Shown here piece by piece: positions 14,953 to 23,807 of a stretch of DNA of 27,202 nt. The DNA is from a virus. Its lineage: Duplodnaviria > Caudoviricetes. Numbering within the stretch: position 1 is the stretch's first letter; every line of letters begins with the position of its first letter. The position numbers were made by a program, and so were the translations under genes. Location of the stretch: IMG/VR virus record IMGVR_UViG_3300027707_001335, positions 1-27,202 of that record, one strand, 5' to 3'. The notes under the pieces are model-generated. The model saw only the letters and a program-made list of their open reading frames with translations, had not been told where the DNA came from and made no database searches.

Positions 14953-17900
14953 TTAAGAAGTCCCAACTCCAGCAGAACTAGACCCTGCGCCAACAGATCC
15001 AGCAAACACCTTATTCGCTGAACCAGCGCTTCCCAATCCTTTAAACAAGGAAGCTTCTGAATTTATACTTTCTATTCTTAGTTTTAAATACTTAGAATCG
15101 ACTGGATCTATTGGATTTACATAATCTCCAGTAGCAGGAACTTTTGTAGAGAAATCGACCCTTAAGCTCTTTCCATTCTTAGACGGTTTTGTTGTCGTAA
15201 GCAAGAATCTCTTTCCATTATATCCAGTAGGATATAAGACTGAAGTCTTAAACTGGAGATCCATATCATTAAAATCAGCATCATCATTTGAATATATTTG
15301 ATCATATCTGATATCAAAGCTGCTTTCTCCAACGTAAACATTTCCAGTCAAAATAACGTCCACTATTTTAGCAAAGTTGTTTGGATTTTGTATATTTAAG
15401 AAAGGTTGATCAGTTGTTTCATAAATTGCCCCATAATTAGATAATCTCATATCTAATTTTTCTCCAACAACGAAACCATTGTCTAATGGGAACGTAGTCG
15501 AAACAGTATAATAAGCATAGTATTTAGAGCCATCGCCGCTTTGAGTTAGAAAATTATCTCCAGAGAACGAAAGAAAGCTTGGCGTCCTTGATATAAATCC
15601 AGAAGCTGGAAGACCTACAGTAGCATTGCTCCCTTGCCAAAAGTTTGTAGTGGAAGAAATCGGATTCGAAAAAATTTCAACTCCTGTGACTTGTCCAACA
15701 TACGGAGGCATAAACGAAATAAGAACATTAATTGTTGGAACCCCAAAACCTCCATTTGCTAAACTCATACTAACTGAAGAAGAAGTATAACCCGCACCTC
15801 CGCTTACAATAGAATAACCAGTAATATTCCCTCCGGGGGAATTATAAAAATCTACTCTAGCACGTTTTTTATTAAATTGAAATGCTGTTGGAAAAATTTC
15901 TATAATTTGATTATTTGCTTTAGTGAAAAAATCAACTCCCGTTAAGAATCTAACCCCTTGTCCATTAAAAGATATGACAGATCCATCCCAACCGCTTACT
16001 TGAGTAGAGCCATCTAACCTATAGGTTAGATTATTATTTAAATAAGCATCATTGATAGAAATGAAAGGAATATAATTAAAGGCTCCACTTATTTGATATT
16101 CTTCTCCTAAATAAGTCTGTAGATAGAATGTCCCAGAAATTGGCCTTATGTCCTCTACATCTTTACCATTTATGCCTCTCCCCGCCATTGATGGAGGATA
16201 GAATTTTAATCTACTATAATCTTTATAAATGACACTACTGCTTAAATCTTTTGCATCAGTTGTGACCGACACTCCAGATGAGAAGCCATTAGTTAAATAA
16301 GGAAATGATGTAGCTATAGCACCAGAAGCACTTCTTGTAAGAGAAGTAACCCCATCAAACCTAATTCCTGTTACATAATTAAGATTAGCCCCAGTTAATG
16401 TAATAAGAGACCTATATGTTCCAGTCGTGATATTTAAAGGAGAAGCAGTAATAGCGGGAGCTTTAATTGTTATAGTCTTATAAAGATTGTCTGCATCAAA
16501 ACTATTCCTTTGAAAAAAGATTTGACCACTACCAACATAACCATCTAAAACTATATAGCTATTAGAGCTAGTGGTAGTGCCTAAACCAATAGCATCAGAG
16601 CCACTAAGTAATAATCCGAGATCAGGTATTTGTGAAGAAACACTAGAAGTGATATTTAAATTTCCAGATAGGATACTATATCCAGTATATGGCTGAGACA
16701 GCCCAGAAAGAGTCGCAATATTAATGACTGACATCGCTTGAGAAATTAAATATTGTCCAGTCTTATTAGTTAATAAATTAAATCCGCTAATATAAAGATC
16801 TCTTGTTTGAAAAGCGTGAGCATTTATTCCAGTGACTACTATGCCATCTTTCGTTCTATAAGTATCAGCATTTGATCCAGAGATTGTTGTACTTGGATTA
16901 AATGATGGAGAAAATCCTTTAACTTCATTTGTAGTGCCAGAAGTAAAGAATCTAAAACTTCCTTTCTTAATATCTCTAGGCACAGAGACTGTCACTCCAG
17001 TGGTAGATACCAAAGAAATATTTGGATATTTAATGACTTCATTATTAAATCCAACTCCATAGAATTCAAAATTATTTAAATTGCTTCCTGATAGAGAAAT
17101 TATATCATTAAGATAAGCAGAATTTGGAGTAATTTTTGATATAATTGGGTTTACAAATGTTAAAGATTGAGAAGTAGTGACTCTGCTTGTGCCATTTAAA
17201 ATAATTGGACCATCAGCAATATCATAAACTTGAGGAATATAAAAGCTCAATCCACTAATACTCTGAGCATCAAAAGCCGTTATCACCTTGTAAGCTCCAT
17301 CTTGTCTTCCTAGCTCAATAGAAGAAACTGTATTTAAAAATTTACCAGATATAGAAATTAAAGAACCAGCAATTCCAGTAGTTGGAGAAAACCCATTTAC
17401 GACGAGAACGCCACTATTAATAGATAATCCACTTGGATAAGTATAATTATAATAGTTAGAATTTATAGTTAAACCATCTCCACTTTGTACCAAATCAGGA
17501 ACAGTAAAAACCAACTGTTGAGAAAATTCTGTCCCAAACTGAGAAATAGAATAGCCAGTTACTGAATAGTCTCCAATGTTTATAGATCCAACGTAATAGA
17601 TGTCATTTCCATAACCAGTAGCAAGCTCCCCTTGTGTTAATACTGAGGGAAAGATGCCTGTTATTGATGGAGTCTTTAAAAATGTAAAAGTTTTATCGAA
17701 GCCACCAGTTATTCTTGAATATGAATTATCTAATATTAAATTAGATTTTCTTATAGAAGATAAGTTGGGAGTGTTTAGACTTAGATAGCCAAATGTTCTA
17801 ACATTATCATCGACAAGTCCAACATTTGAATGTATTAGGACTTCTGTATTGACATTATTCCTTGCTCTTCTAATTGGAGCAAAATTTGAATATTGATATG

Positions 17901-20478
17901 GATTTTCTTTAACTACTCTAATCTCATCTATATATCCACTCCAATAATTAGCAGGAGTATTTGCATAGTCTCTTCCTATATAAATGTCAAAAACTGGGCT
18001 AGTTAAACTCTTGTCATTATTTAAACTGAAGTCAAGATTTGAAATACCAAAGTCTAATTGAGAAGCGGATGGACCAGAATAAATTAATCCAGATAAGCTT
18101 ATGGGGTTTCCATTTAATAATATTTTTCCGTTTATGCTACCATTGTTAATGTAGCTCTTTGATATCGATAAGTGGTTCCAATCTGTAGCGCTTATTTGAC
18201 CAGAGAATACTGGAGCAAATCCATTCCACTCTATTCCAGAAATAACTATCTGATTTGATGTCGCAAAAACATTTAAACCATTTTCGCTTCCTATTAAGAA
18301 TTTTTTATCTGAAGCACTCAGGTTAGTTAATGATTTAAAATCTAATTCTACAACAAAACTATTTTCGTAACTTAAAGGAACGTTTGGAGATTGACCCGTA
18401 ATAGAAAATTTAATGTAAGGACCGGGGCTTCCAGAGAATAAGAAACTCCTATCATCAAACTTAGAAGTATTATTGCTTATCGCTACAGAGCTAGAAACGG
18501 TTAAGTCTTTTTTGTTTCTAAATGTGGACTGATACGAATAGCTGTTTGAGTTCTCTGTCCCATCTACGAGAGAGTTAGCATCACCAGTATCTTGGAAAAA
18601 AGCTTGAGTATCTGGATAAAGATTATGACCTAAAATTTCAACAGGTCCGCCAATATAATTTTCAAAAGTAGAAATGTTTTTAATAATTGGATCGCCTCTA
18701 ATTATTTCAAAATTTTGGAATGAAAAGTCTCTACCTCCAGAATTCTTTATAGTAATATCGTAGCAGCCAGCATCAGCATTTGTTCCTGTAAATGTCAAAG
18801 CAGAATTAGCAGAGTTCTTTACAAAACTAGATATTGGATAAACTTTATTATAAGCTCCATAATTGTAATCTTCTACATATCCAGAGATATCTCTAATTGT
18901 CGATACTTGAGTCCTATCTCCTCTATAATCATAATCAGAATAATTTCCTTGAAGCAGCAGAACAGTATTCGGAATATCGAACATCCCAGAACCAGTGGAT
19001 ACTTGATTAATACTGTTATACAATCCTGCGCCTTTGACAATTCTAAAATCTTCTATGTATCCAGAAAACGAATTAATTCCAGAAGCTGCATAAGAGGCTG
19101 TGTTATTAGTCCCTATAAATAACCCGCTACCTGCTGTGATTGTATAAGGAGTTGCCACTGATACTGTTGCAAAACTCTGTCTATTATTACCACTGATGGC
19201 ATAGAAAGTGTCGCCATTAGCGGACGTTCTAGAAATTAAGACTTTAGTCCATTGATTTGCGGGTATTTGAGAAGTTGCTATATTAAATTTTGCACTATTA
19301 CCTGCATAGAAAGTCCAATCAGTACTGGCAGCAGGTTTAGAAAAATAAAACCCATTTCCATCCCAACCTCGGTCTTGAAATAAATCAACCCTTTGAGCAG
19401 TCGTATATGGCAATGGATTAATTAAAAATTCAATAGTAAACTGATCTGTTCCAAAATTAAAATCTCCTCCAGAAGGAGAAGGTATCTGCAAGTAAGAGTT
19501 TCCGCTGAATAATAAAGACCTTCCAAATATACCAACTTGAGAACTCCTAACTCCGCTATTTAAAATTGTCTTAGGTTGTCTATAGTTTAATCCGCTTAAA
19601 ACAATTCCAGTAGCATAATTGAAATTTTTTCCAATTGCTATATTAGACTGTCCAGAATTTAAATAATAGTTTAAAGCATTGAAGACTACAGGAGCTTTAA
19701 GGACTGTAATTTGATTTTTAGAAGTGAAAGAGGTGTTGTCTTTAGAATTTATTGTTACGAATCCTGCATTAGCGTTTGGAGGCACTGTGCCTGAAATAAC
19801 ATCACCTAAGCCCGTAAACGGAGAAGTTATAAAGCCTGTTATTCCATTATCTACAGAGGTAGTAAAATTTACAGGAAAATAGCTTTCATTGACATAAGAT
19901 AAATTAAAATTATTACCTGAAATTCTAATTATATCCCCTTCGTATGGTAAACTATTGCTAAATCCACTTAGGTAAATAGTCCCATAAAAATTAAAATCAC
20001 TAGCCACTGAAACTATACCAGTATTATTATAACCACTAATTCTAATTGGACCAGTAGTATAACCACTTGGGACTTTTACCAATAGAACTCCACTAGTAGG
20101 CTGATAAGATATATTAGTTCCAGTAATGTTATTGAAAGAAACGTATTGAACCCCACTTAAAGACTTTCCGCTGATAGCAACAAATTGGCCAACATCTTGA
20201 GTCTGCGGAATCACTGCATCTAATCTTGGAATTGGGAAAAAATCAACTCCACTAACATACATTGGAGCAGAGAGCGTTGTTCCAGTAATAAAATAAAGGT
20301 TTACTTTCCCAAATAAAATATTTTCTGGTACATTAAATTCTATATACTCAGGAGTTGAATCATAATAGGAAAAATCAATGAAACCAGCGCCGGGAACCTG
20401 CAATCCGCTTATCGCATAAAGCCCTGCGCCAGTCACGCGCATCCTCTGATTGATTAAACCTGTATTGTAAGTCGGCAT
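14953..20478 (-). CDS. Large virion fibre/adhesin-like protein with multiple IPT/TIG Ig-like repeats and two LamG/ConA-like domains
   Basis: Repeated P-x-I-x-x-x-x-P...G..I.ISG.N[FL] IPT motifs. Two LamG-like units: FTIEF...QWTKV...FSGYIEDFRIVKG and WNHLSI...WSGYIDEIRVVK. S/T/G/N-rich. Confidence 0.75.
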   Translation of the reverse strand: MPTYNTGLINQRMRVTGAGLYAISGLQVPGAGFIDFSYYDSTPEYIEFNVPENILFGKVNLYFITGTTLSAPMYVSGVDFFPIPRLDAVIPQTQDVGQFVAISGKSLSGVQYVSFNNITGTNISYQPTSGVLLVKVPSGYTTGPIRISGYNNTGIVSVASDFNFYGTIYLSGFSNSLPYEGDIIRISGNNFNLSYVNESYFPVNFTTSVDNGITGFITSPFTGLGDVISGTVPPNANAGFVTINSKDNTSFTSKNQITVLKAPVVFNALNYYLNSGQSNIAIGKNFNYATGIVLSGLNYRQPKTILNSGVRSSQVGIFGRSLLFSGNSYLQIPSPSGGDFNFGTDQFTIEFLINPLPYTTAQRVDLFQDRGWDGNGFYFSKPAASTDWTFYAGNSAKFNIATSQIPANQWTKVLISRTSANGDTFYAISGNNRQSFATVSVATPYTITAGSGLFIGTNNTASYAASGINSFSGYIEDFRIVKGAGLYNSINQVSTGSGMFDIPNTVLLLQGNYSDYDYRGDRTQVSTIRDISGYVEDYNYGAYNKVYPISSFVKNSANSALTFTGTNADAGCYDITIKNSGGRDFSFQNFEIIRGDPIIKNISTFENYIGGPVEILGHNLYPDTQAFFQDTGDANSLVDGTENSNSYSYQSTFRNKKDLTVSSSVAISNNTSKFDDRSFLFSGSPGPYIKFSITGQSPNVPLSYENSFVVELDFKSLTNLSASDKKFLIGSENGLNVFATSNQIVISGIEWNGFAPVFSGQISATDWNHLSISKSYINNGSINGKILLNGNPISLSGLIYSGPSASQLDFGISNLDFSLNNDKSLTSPVFDIYIGRDYANTPANYWSGYIDEIRVVKENPYQYSNFAPIRRARNNVNTEVLIHSNVGLVDDNVRTFGYLSLNTPNLSSIRKSNLILDNSYSRITGGFDKTFTFLKTPSITGIFPSVLTQGELATGYGNDIYYVGSINIGDYSVTGYSISQFGTEFSQQLVFTVPDLVQSGDGLTINSNYYNYTYPSGLSINSGVLVVNGFSPTTGIAGSLISISGKFLNTVSSIELGRQDGAYKVITAFDAQSISGLSFYIPQVYDIADGPIILNGTSRVTTSQSLTFVNPIISKITPNSAYLNDIISLSGSNLNNFEFYGVGFNNEVIKYPNISLVSTTGVTVSVPRDIKKGSFRFFTSGTTNEVKGFSPSFNPSTTISGSNADTYRTKDGIVVTGINAHAFQTRDLYISGFNLLTNKTGQYLISQAMSVINIATLSGLSQPYTGYSILSGNLNITSSVSSQIPDLGLLLSGSDAIGLGTTTSSNSYIVLDGYVGSGQIFFQRNSFDADNLYKTITIKAPAITASPLNITTGTYRSLITLTGANLNYVTGIRFDGVTSLTRSASGAIATSFPYLTNGFSSGVSVTTDAKDLSSSVIYKDYSRLKFYPPSMAGRGINGKDVEDIRPISGTFYLQTYLGEEYQISGAFNYIPFISINDAYLNNNLTYRLDGSTQVSGWDGSVISFNGQGVRFLTGVDFFTKANNQIIEIFPTAFQFNKKRARVDFYNSPGGNITGYSIVSGGAGYTSSSVSMSLANGGFGVPTINVLISFMPPYVGQVTGVEIFSNPISSTTNFWQGSNATVGLPASGFISRTPSFLSFSGDNFLTQSGDGSKYYAYYTVSTTFPLDNGFVVGEKLDMRLSNYGAIYETTDQPFLNIQNPNNFAKIVDVILTGNVYVGESSFDIRYDQIYSNDDADFNDMDLQFKTSVLYPTGYNGKRFLLTTTKPSKNGKSLRVDFSTKVPATGDYVNPIDPVDSKYLKLRIESINSEASLFKGLGSAGSANKVFAGSVGAGSSSAGVGTS

Positions 20479-20479
20479 G

Positions 20480-21559
20480 TTATAATCCTTGGAACTGTAA
20501 AGATAATCTTATATCGTTAACGAGTACACTTGTTTTGAAGTTAAAAATAGAAGAAGAACTCGTCTCTTCTGTGTCTATAAGAATAGCAGCAGCGCCTTTT
20601 AAACCAATAGGAGCCACAGCAGTAATTAAAGAAGTAGAAACTGGGTTAAAAGAAGTGGCCTCCGTATTACCAAAAAATATTTTCTTAACATTTATAAAAT
20701 TACTACCATTTATCGTAACAGTCGCTCCGGGTAAAATTACCCTTGGAGTAAAGTCAGTTATCACTGGTTTAAAATGAGAAAAATCTTGCCTTAAAGAAAA
20801 CTCAGATTTGATGTATCCTTGAGCTTCAACCGAAGATGTTTTTGAAGATATTATTCCTGCAAAAGATAATGTGTCTAATGGTTGAGATCCAGTTTGTAAA
20901 GATACATAAAAAGAGCAAGGAACGCCTGAATAAGGCAATGAAAAATTAAAATTATCTATTTCGAAACTAAGACTTTGAAATCTTTTCCCTAAATAAGCTC
21001 TTCCACTTTGGTCAAAAACCGAAGATCCTTCTTTGTTGTATTTTTCAACTTCTCTTTGGTATCTATAATTAAAGTTAGTAAAATTATAACCATTTGAATC
21101 AAACGCAGTACCGTCCAAATTACCAGAGAGATAAAAGTTTGAGAAATTTAAAGGCGCAATCTCTGGTTGACTAGTTGGGGTCACCGCCGAAAAAGAACCC
21201 TTTAGAGCTTCAAAAACTTTAATTTCAAGATCGACTTTGGCTAATGAATCTGGAGAGCCTTTTATTGAATAATTAGTAATATATCCATTTTCAAAATAAA
21301 GACCACAAAAATTACCAGAAATGCCTTGCTCAGAATTTGCTCCCAATAAATACTCTTTTACAAAATCTTTGCCTGTTAAATAGTAAGATATTGAAAAATT
21401 AGTATCTACAGTGTCTTCTGAAGTATAGGTGTAAGAATTTTTCTTAAACTCTTCATTATAGACAGGCGTATTCGAAGAATCAAGAGACATGTTTACGTTA
21501 GTGGCTAATATATCAATACCACTTAACTTAAACGGGCAATTTTTATAATTGAAAAACAT
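20480..21559 (-). CDS. Tail-tube-like structural protein with C-terminal IPT/TIG domain
   Basis: Beta-rich and internally duplicated; FENGYITNYSI is shared with the 22373 paralog. C-terminal PVITDFTPRVILPGATVTINGSNF...ITAVAP is an IPT domain. Confidence 0.55.
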   Translation of the reverse strand: MFFNYKNCPFKLSGIDILATNVNMSLDSSNTPVYNEEFKKNSYTYTSEDTVDTNFSISYYLTGKDFVKEYLLGANSEQGISGNFCGLYFENGYITNYSIKGSPDSLAKVDLEIKVFEALKGSFSAVTPTSQPEIAPLNFSNFYLSGNLDGTAFDSNGYNFTNFNYRYQREVEKYNKEGSSVFDQSGRAYLGKRFQSLSFEIDNFNFSLPYSGVPCSFYVSLQTGSQPLDTLSFAGIISSKTSSVEAQGYIKSEFSLRQDFSHFKPVITDFTPRVILPGATVTINGSNFINVKKIFFGNTEATSFNPVSTSLITAVAPIGLKGAAAILIDTEETSSSSIFNFKTSVLVNDIRLSLQFQGL

Positions 21560-22363
21560 TTAGAAACTCCTTTTTAATGATATTTTGTTTTTAACAAAAT
21601 CATCAAGATTAATTGACATATTAGAAGAATCAATCTTACTTCCTGAAGTGTCAATAATCATTATTGATTGATCACCAAAAGTAGTTATATTTATCTTGGC
21701 GTTCTCTGCCGTTGATAAGTCTGCATTAGAGAAATTTGAATTAAAATTCTCTATGGTGAAATCAAACGTTTCTTCTCCAGCGGATAGGTCAACTTGCCTT
21801 GGCCTTTGTTGTCCCACTGAGTAGATTGGATTCCAATTGATAGAAATTCCATAGGCAAAGTCTAAAACATTATAGAGGGCGGCTGTTCCTGAGACTTTAG
21901 CGTTCCACGAATGAGCTATCCCTGATCCACTAGCTAGGTTATTAATTGTAGTTTTATTATTAAGACTTCCAGAAAGATTAGAAAAACTAGATAGAGAAAC
22001 AGAAGCTTGCACTTTTGAGTTAGGATTTACCGTTAATGAATATCTAGAAGGATAAAAAGAGCCGCTTACTCCTGCTAAAGTGACCTGAACAGGAACATTT
22101 GTTTCAGGAAAGCTATTAGTAAAAATGCCTGTTTTTATGTAATCAAAACACTTATATATAGGATCAGAGATGTTTGGGAAATAAGTAAACTCAACATTAG
22201 TCTCATCTGCTTTAGTTTTAAACATCTGAGATGAGTTTTGTCTTCCGATTGTATAAGTAGAATTTATGCTCCTATTCACTGTAATAGAAGCATTCTGAGC
22301 CAGAACTAAGCCTGACCCAAAACTCGAATTAAATACTACGTCACACTCATTAAAATATTTCAT
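21560..22363 (-). CDS. Tail-tube-like structural protein (paralog)
   Basis: Two internal repeats, NRSINSTYTIGRQ and SINWNPIYSVGQQRP, typical of tube-fold beta hairpins. Confidence 0.5.
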   Translation of the reverse strand: MKYFNECDVVFNSSFGSGLVLAQNASITVNRSINSTYTIGRQNSSQMFKTKADETNVEFTYFPNISDPIYKCFDYIKTGIFTNSFPETNVPVQVTLAGVSGSFYPSRYSLTVNPNSKVQASVSLSSFSNLSGSLNNKTTINNLASGSGIAHSWNAKVSGTAALYNVLDFAYGISINWNPIYSVGQQRPRQVDLSAGEETFDFTIENFNSNFSNADLSTAENAKINITTFGDQSIMIIDTSGSKIDSSNMSINLDDFVKNKISLKRSF

Positions 22364-22372
22364 CCTTTTTCC

Positions 22373-23191
22373 TTATTTCAGATAACCCTTGTACCTTACC
22401 GTTATTCCTACAGGAGAATTTACACTAGCAGAGAAGTCTTCGGAAACGTCAATAAAATAACATAACGAGCTTCCAAAATCAAAATCTACTGAATTTCCAT
22501 TAAAGTCTTTAGTTTTAATGTAAAAATTACTAATGTTTTTTATGTTATATGATAAATCTGACAGCTTTTGCAGAGCGTAATTATCTTGAGCTATATTAAA
22601 TTCACAACTTACCTCAAGAGGATAGATTGTTCTTACAGAAAACGGAGTTGAAGAACCTAAATAATATGCAGCGTTTCTATTAGTAATTATATTAAGGTTA
22701 AAAGAATTAACTCTATTTGTAGTAAAGTCGTTAACTCCTATGTCTATTGAATTTGAATTTACCAAAGATACGGCATTTGATTGATTAAAATTGCCTTGAG
22801 AAGCTATAGATCCAGCATCATTATATATTTCAAAATTTGCCCTAACGGTTGGCACTTCTCCAATTTGCGCACCACAAGTATAAGAAGTCAAATAGCCGCT
22901 TTGAAATCCAAATAAGACATTAGAACTTGGATTACTCTTCTTAGTAATAAATCCGTAGTTGCCCGCTTCACCCGTACAAGCTAGAAAATCATTTGAAGTA
23001 GTCAATAGACTAGTTACAGACAAAGTAGCGCCCTTCGCCCCTTCTGGAGCGTAAAAGCTGCTATCCATACCAAGATACTTGGCATGTTGAACTGGCATTT
23101 GATAGGAAGCCTGAATATCCTGAACGCCATGAACTTGGCTTTGATTCAAGTAAAAATCCAAGTTCTGTTTATTTAGTCGAGATAATGCCAT
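22373..23191 (-). CDS. Tail-tube-like structural protein (paralog)
   Basis: GVQDIQASY...KYLG and RVNSFNLNIITNRNAAYYLGSSTP...PLEVSCEF repeats; FQSGYLTSYTC. Confidence 0.5.
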   Translation of the reverse strand: MALSRLNKQNLDFYLNQSQVHGVQDIQASYQMPVQHAKYLGMDSSFYAPEGAKGATLSVTSLLTTSNDFLACTGEAGNYGFITKKSNPSSNVLFGFQSGYLTSYTCGAQIGEVPTVRANFEIYNDAGSIASQGNFNQSNAVSLVNSNSIDIGVNDFTTNRVNSFNLNIITNRNAAYYLGSSTPFSVRTIYPLEVSCEFNIAQDNYALQKLSDLSYNIKNISNFYIKTKDFNGNSVDFDFGSSLCYFIDVSEDFSASVNSPVGITVRYKGYLK

Positions 23192-23197
23192 CTTATT

Positions 23198-23228
23198 TTA
23201 TTATTTACACAAAAAAGTGTAATAATAA
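23198..23228. promoter_or_regulatory. Back-to-back inverted motif GTGTAA(A)TAATAA: putative divergent late promoters
   Basis: TTATTATTTACAC (23198-210), A6, GTGTAATAATAA (23217-28), in the 57-bp gap between two divergent structural operons. Confidence 0.6.
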
Positions 23229-23248
23229 GTTGGTAAAAGGAAAAAGGT

Positions 23249-23803
23249 ATGTCTAGTTCAATTTTTAATATTAGTTCATGGAGTAATTCTGTCGCATACA
23301 ATAAGCATGATATTATCGTATACACAGACAATCGGTATTATTACGCTAAAGCCGCTGTGCCCGCGAATAATGCACCAGTTTACTCTAGTGTTATTTCTAA
23401 TTCAGATGCTTACTGGGGAGGTTTCTTTCAACATCCTGTTGTTAAAAAAGACTATCCATTGTTTATTTGGAGGCCCTCTTATCAAACTCAAGCTAATTTT
23501 GAACCCAAAGTTAGCGTAATAAAATATGGCGATGGTTATGAAAAAAGAGTAAGTGATCAAATTAACTTTAATCTTCTTAATTTTGATTTAAACTTCGACG
23601 GTCTAACTCTAGACGAATGTACTGCCATCCTTCATTTCTTTAGCGCGAGGTCAGCAAAGACAGCTTTTATATATTATCCATCTGCACCGTATACAGTTGC
23701 ATCTACAGATGCTAAACTATTTGTATGTAGAAAATGGGGCTCATCTAACCCATTCTTCAATAATTTCTCTATAAAAGCTACCTTCGAAGAAGTACCCGCA
23801 TAA
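23249..23803 (+). CDS. Lambda gpM-like minor tail (distal tail) protein with N-terminal CBM5/12-like module
   Basis: FIWRPSY...PKVSVIKYGDGYEKR...IN...AILHFF...AFIYYP...FVCRKW...IKATFEEV; N-terminal WSNSVAYNKHDIIVY..RYYYA..YW. Confidence 0.85.
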   Translation: MSSSIFNISSWSNSVAYNKHDIIVYTDNRYYYAKAAVPANNAPVYSSVISNSDAYWGGFFQHPVVKKDYPLFIWRPSYQTQANFEPKVSVIKYGDGYEKRVSDQINFNLLNFDLNFDGLTLDECTAILHFFSARSAKTAFIYYPSAPYTVASTDAKLFVCRKWGSSNPFFNNFSIKATFEEVPA

Positions 23804-23807
23804 TATT

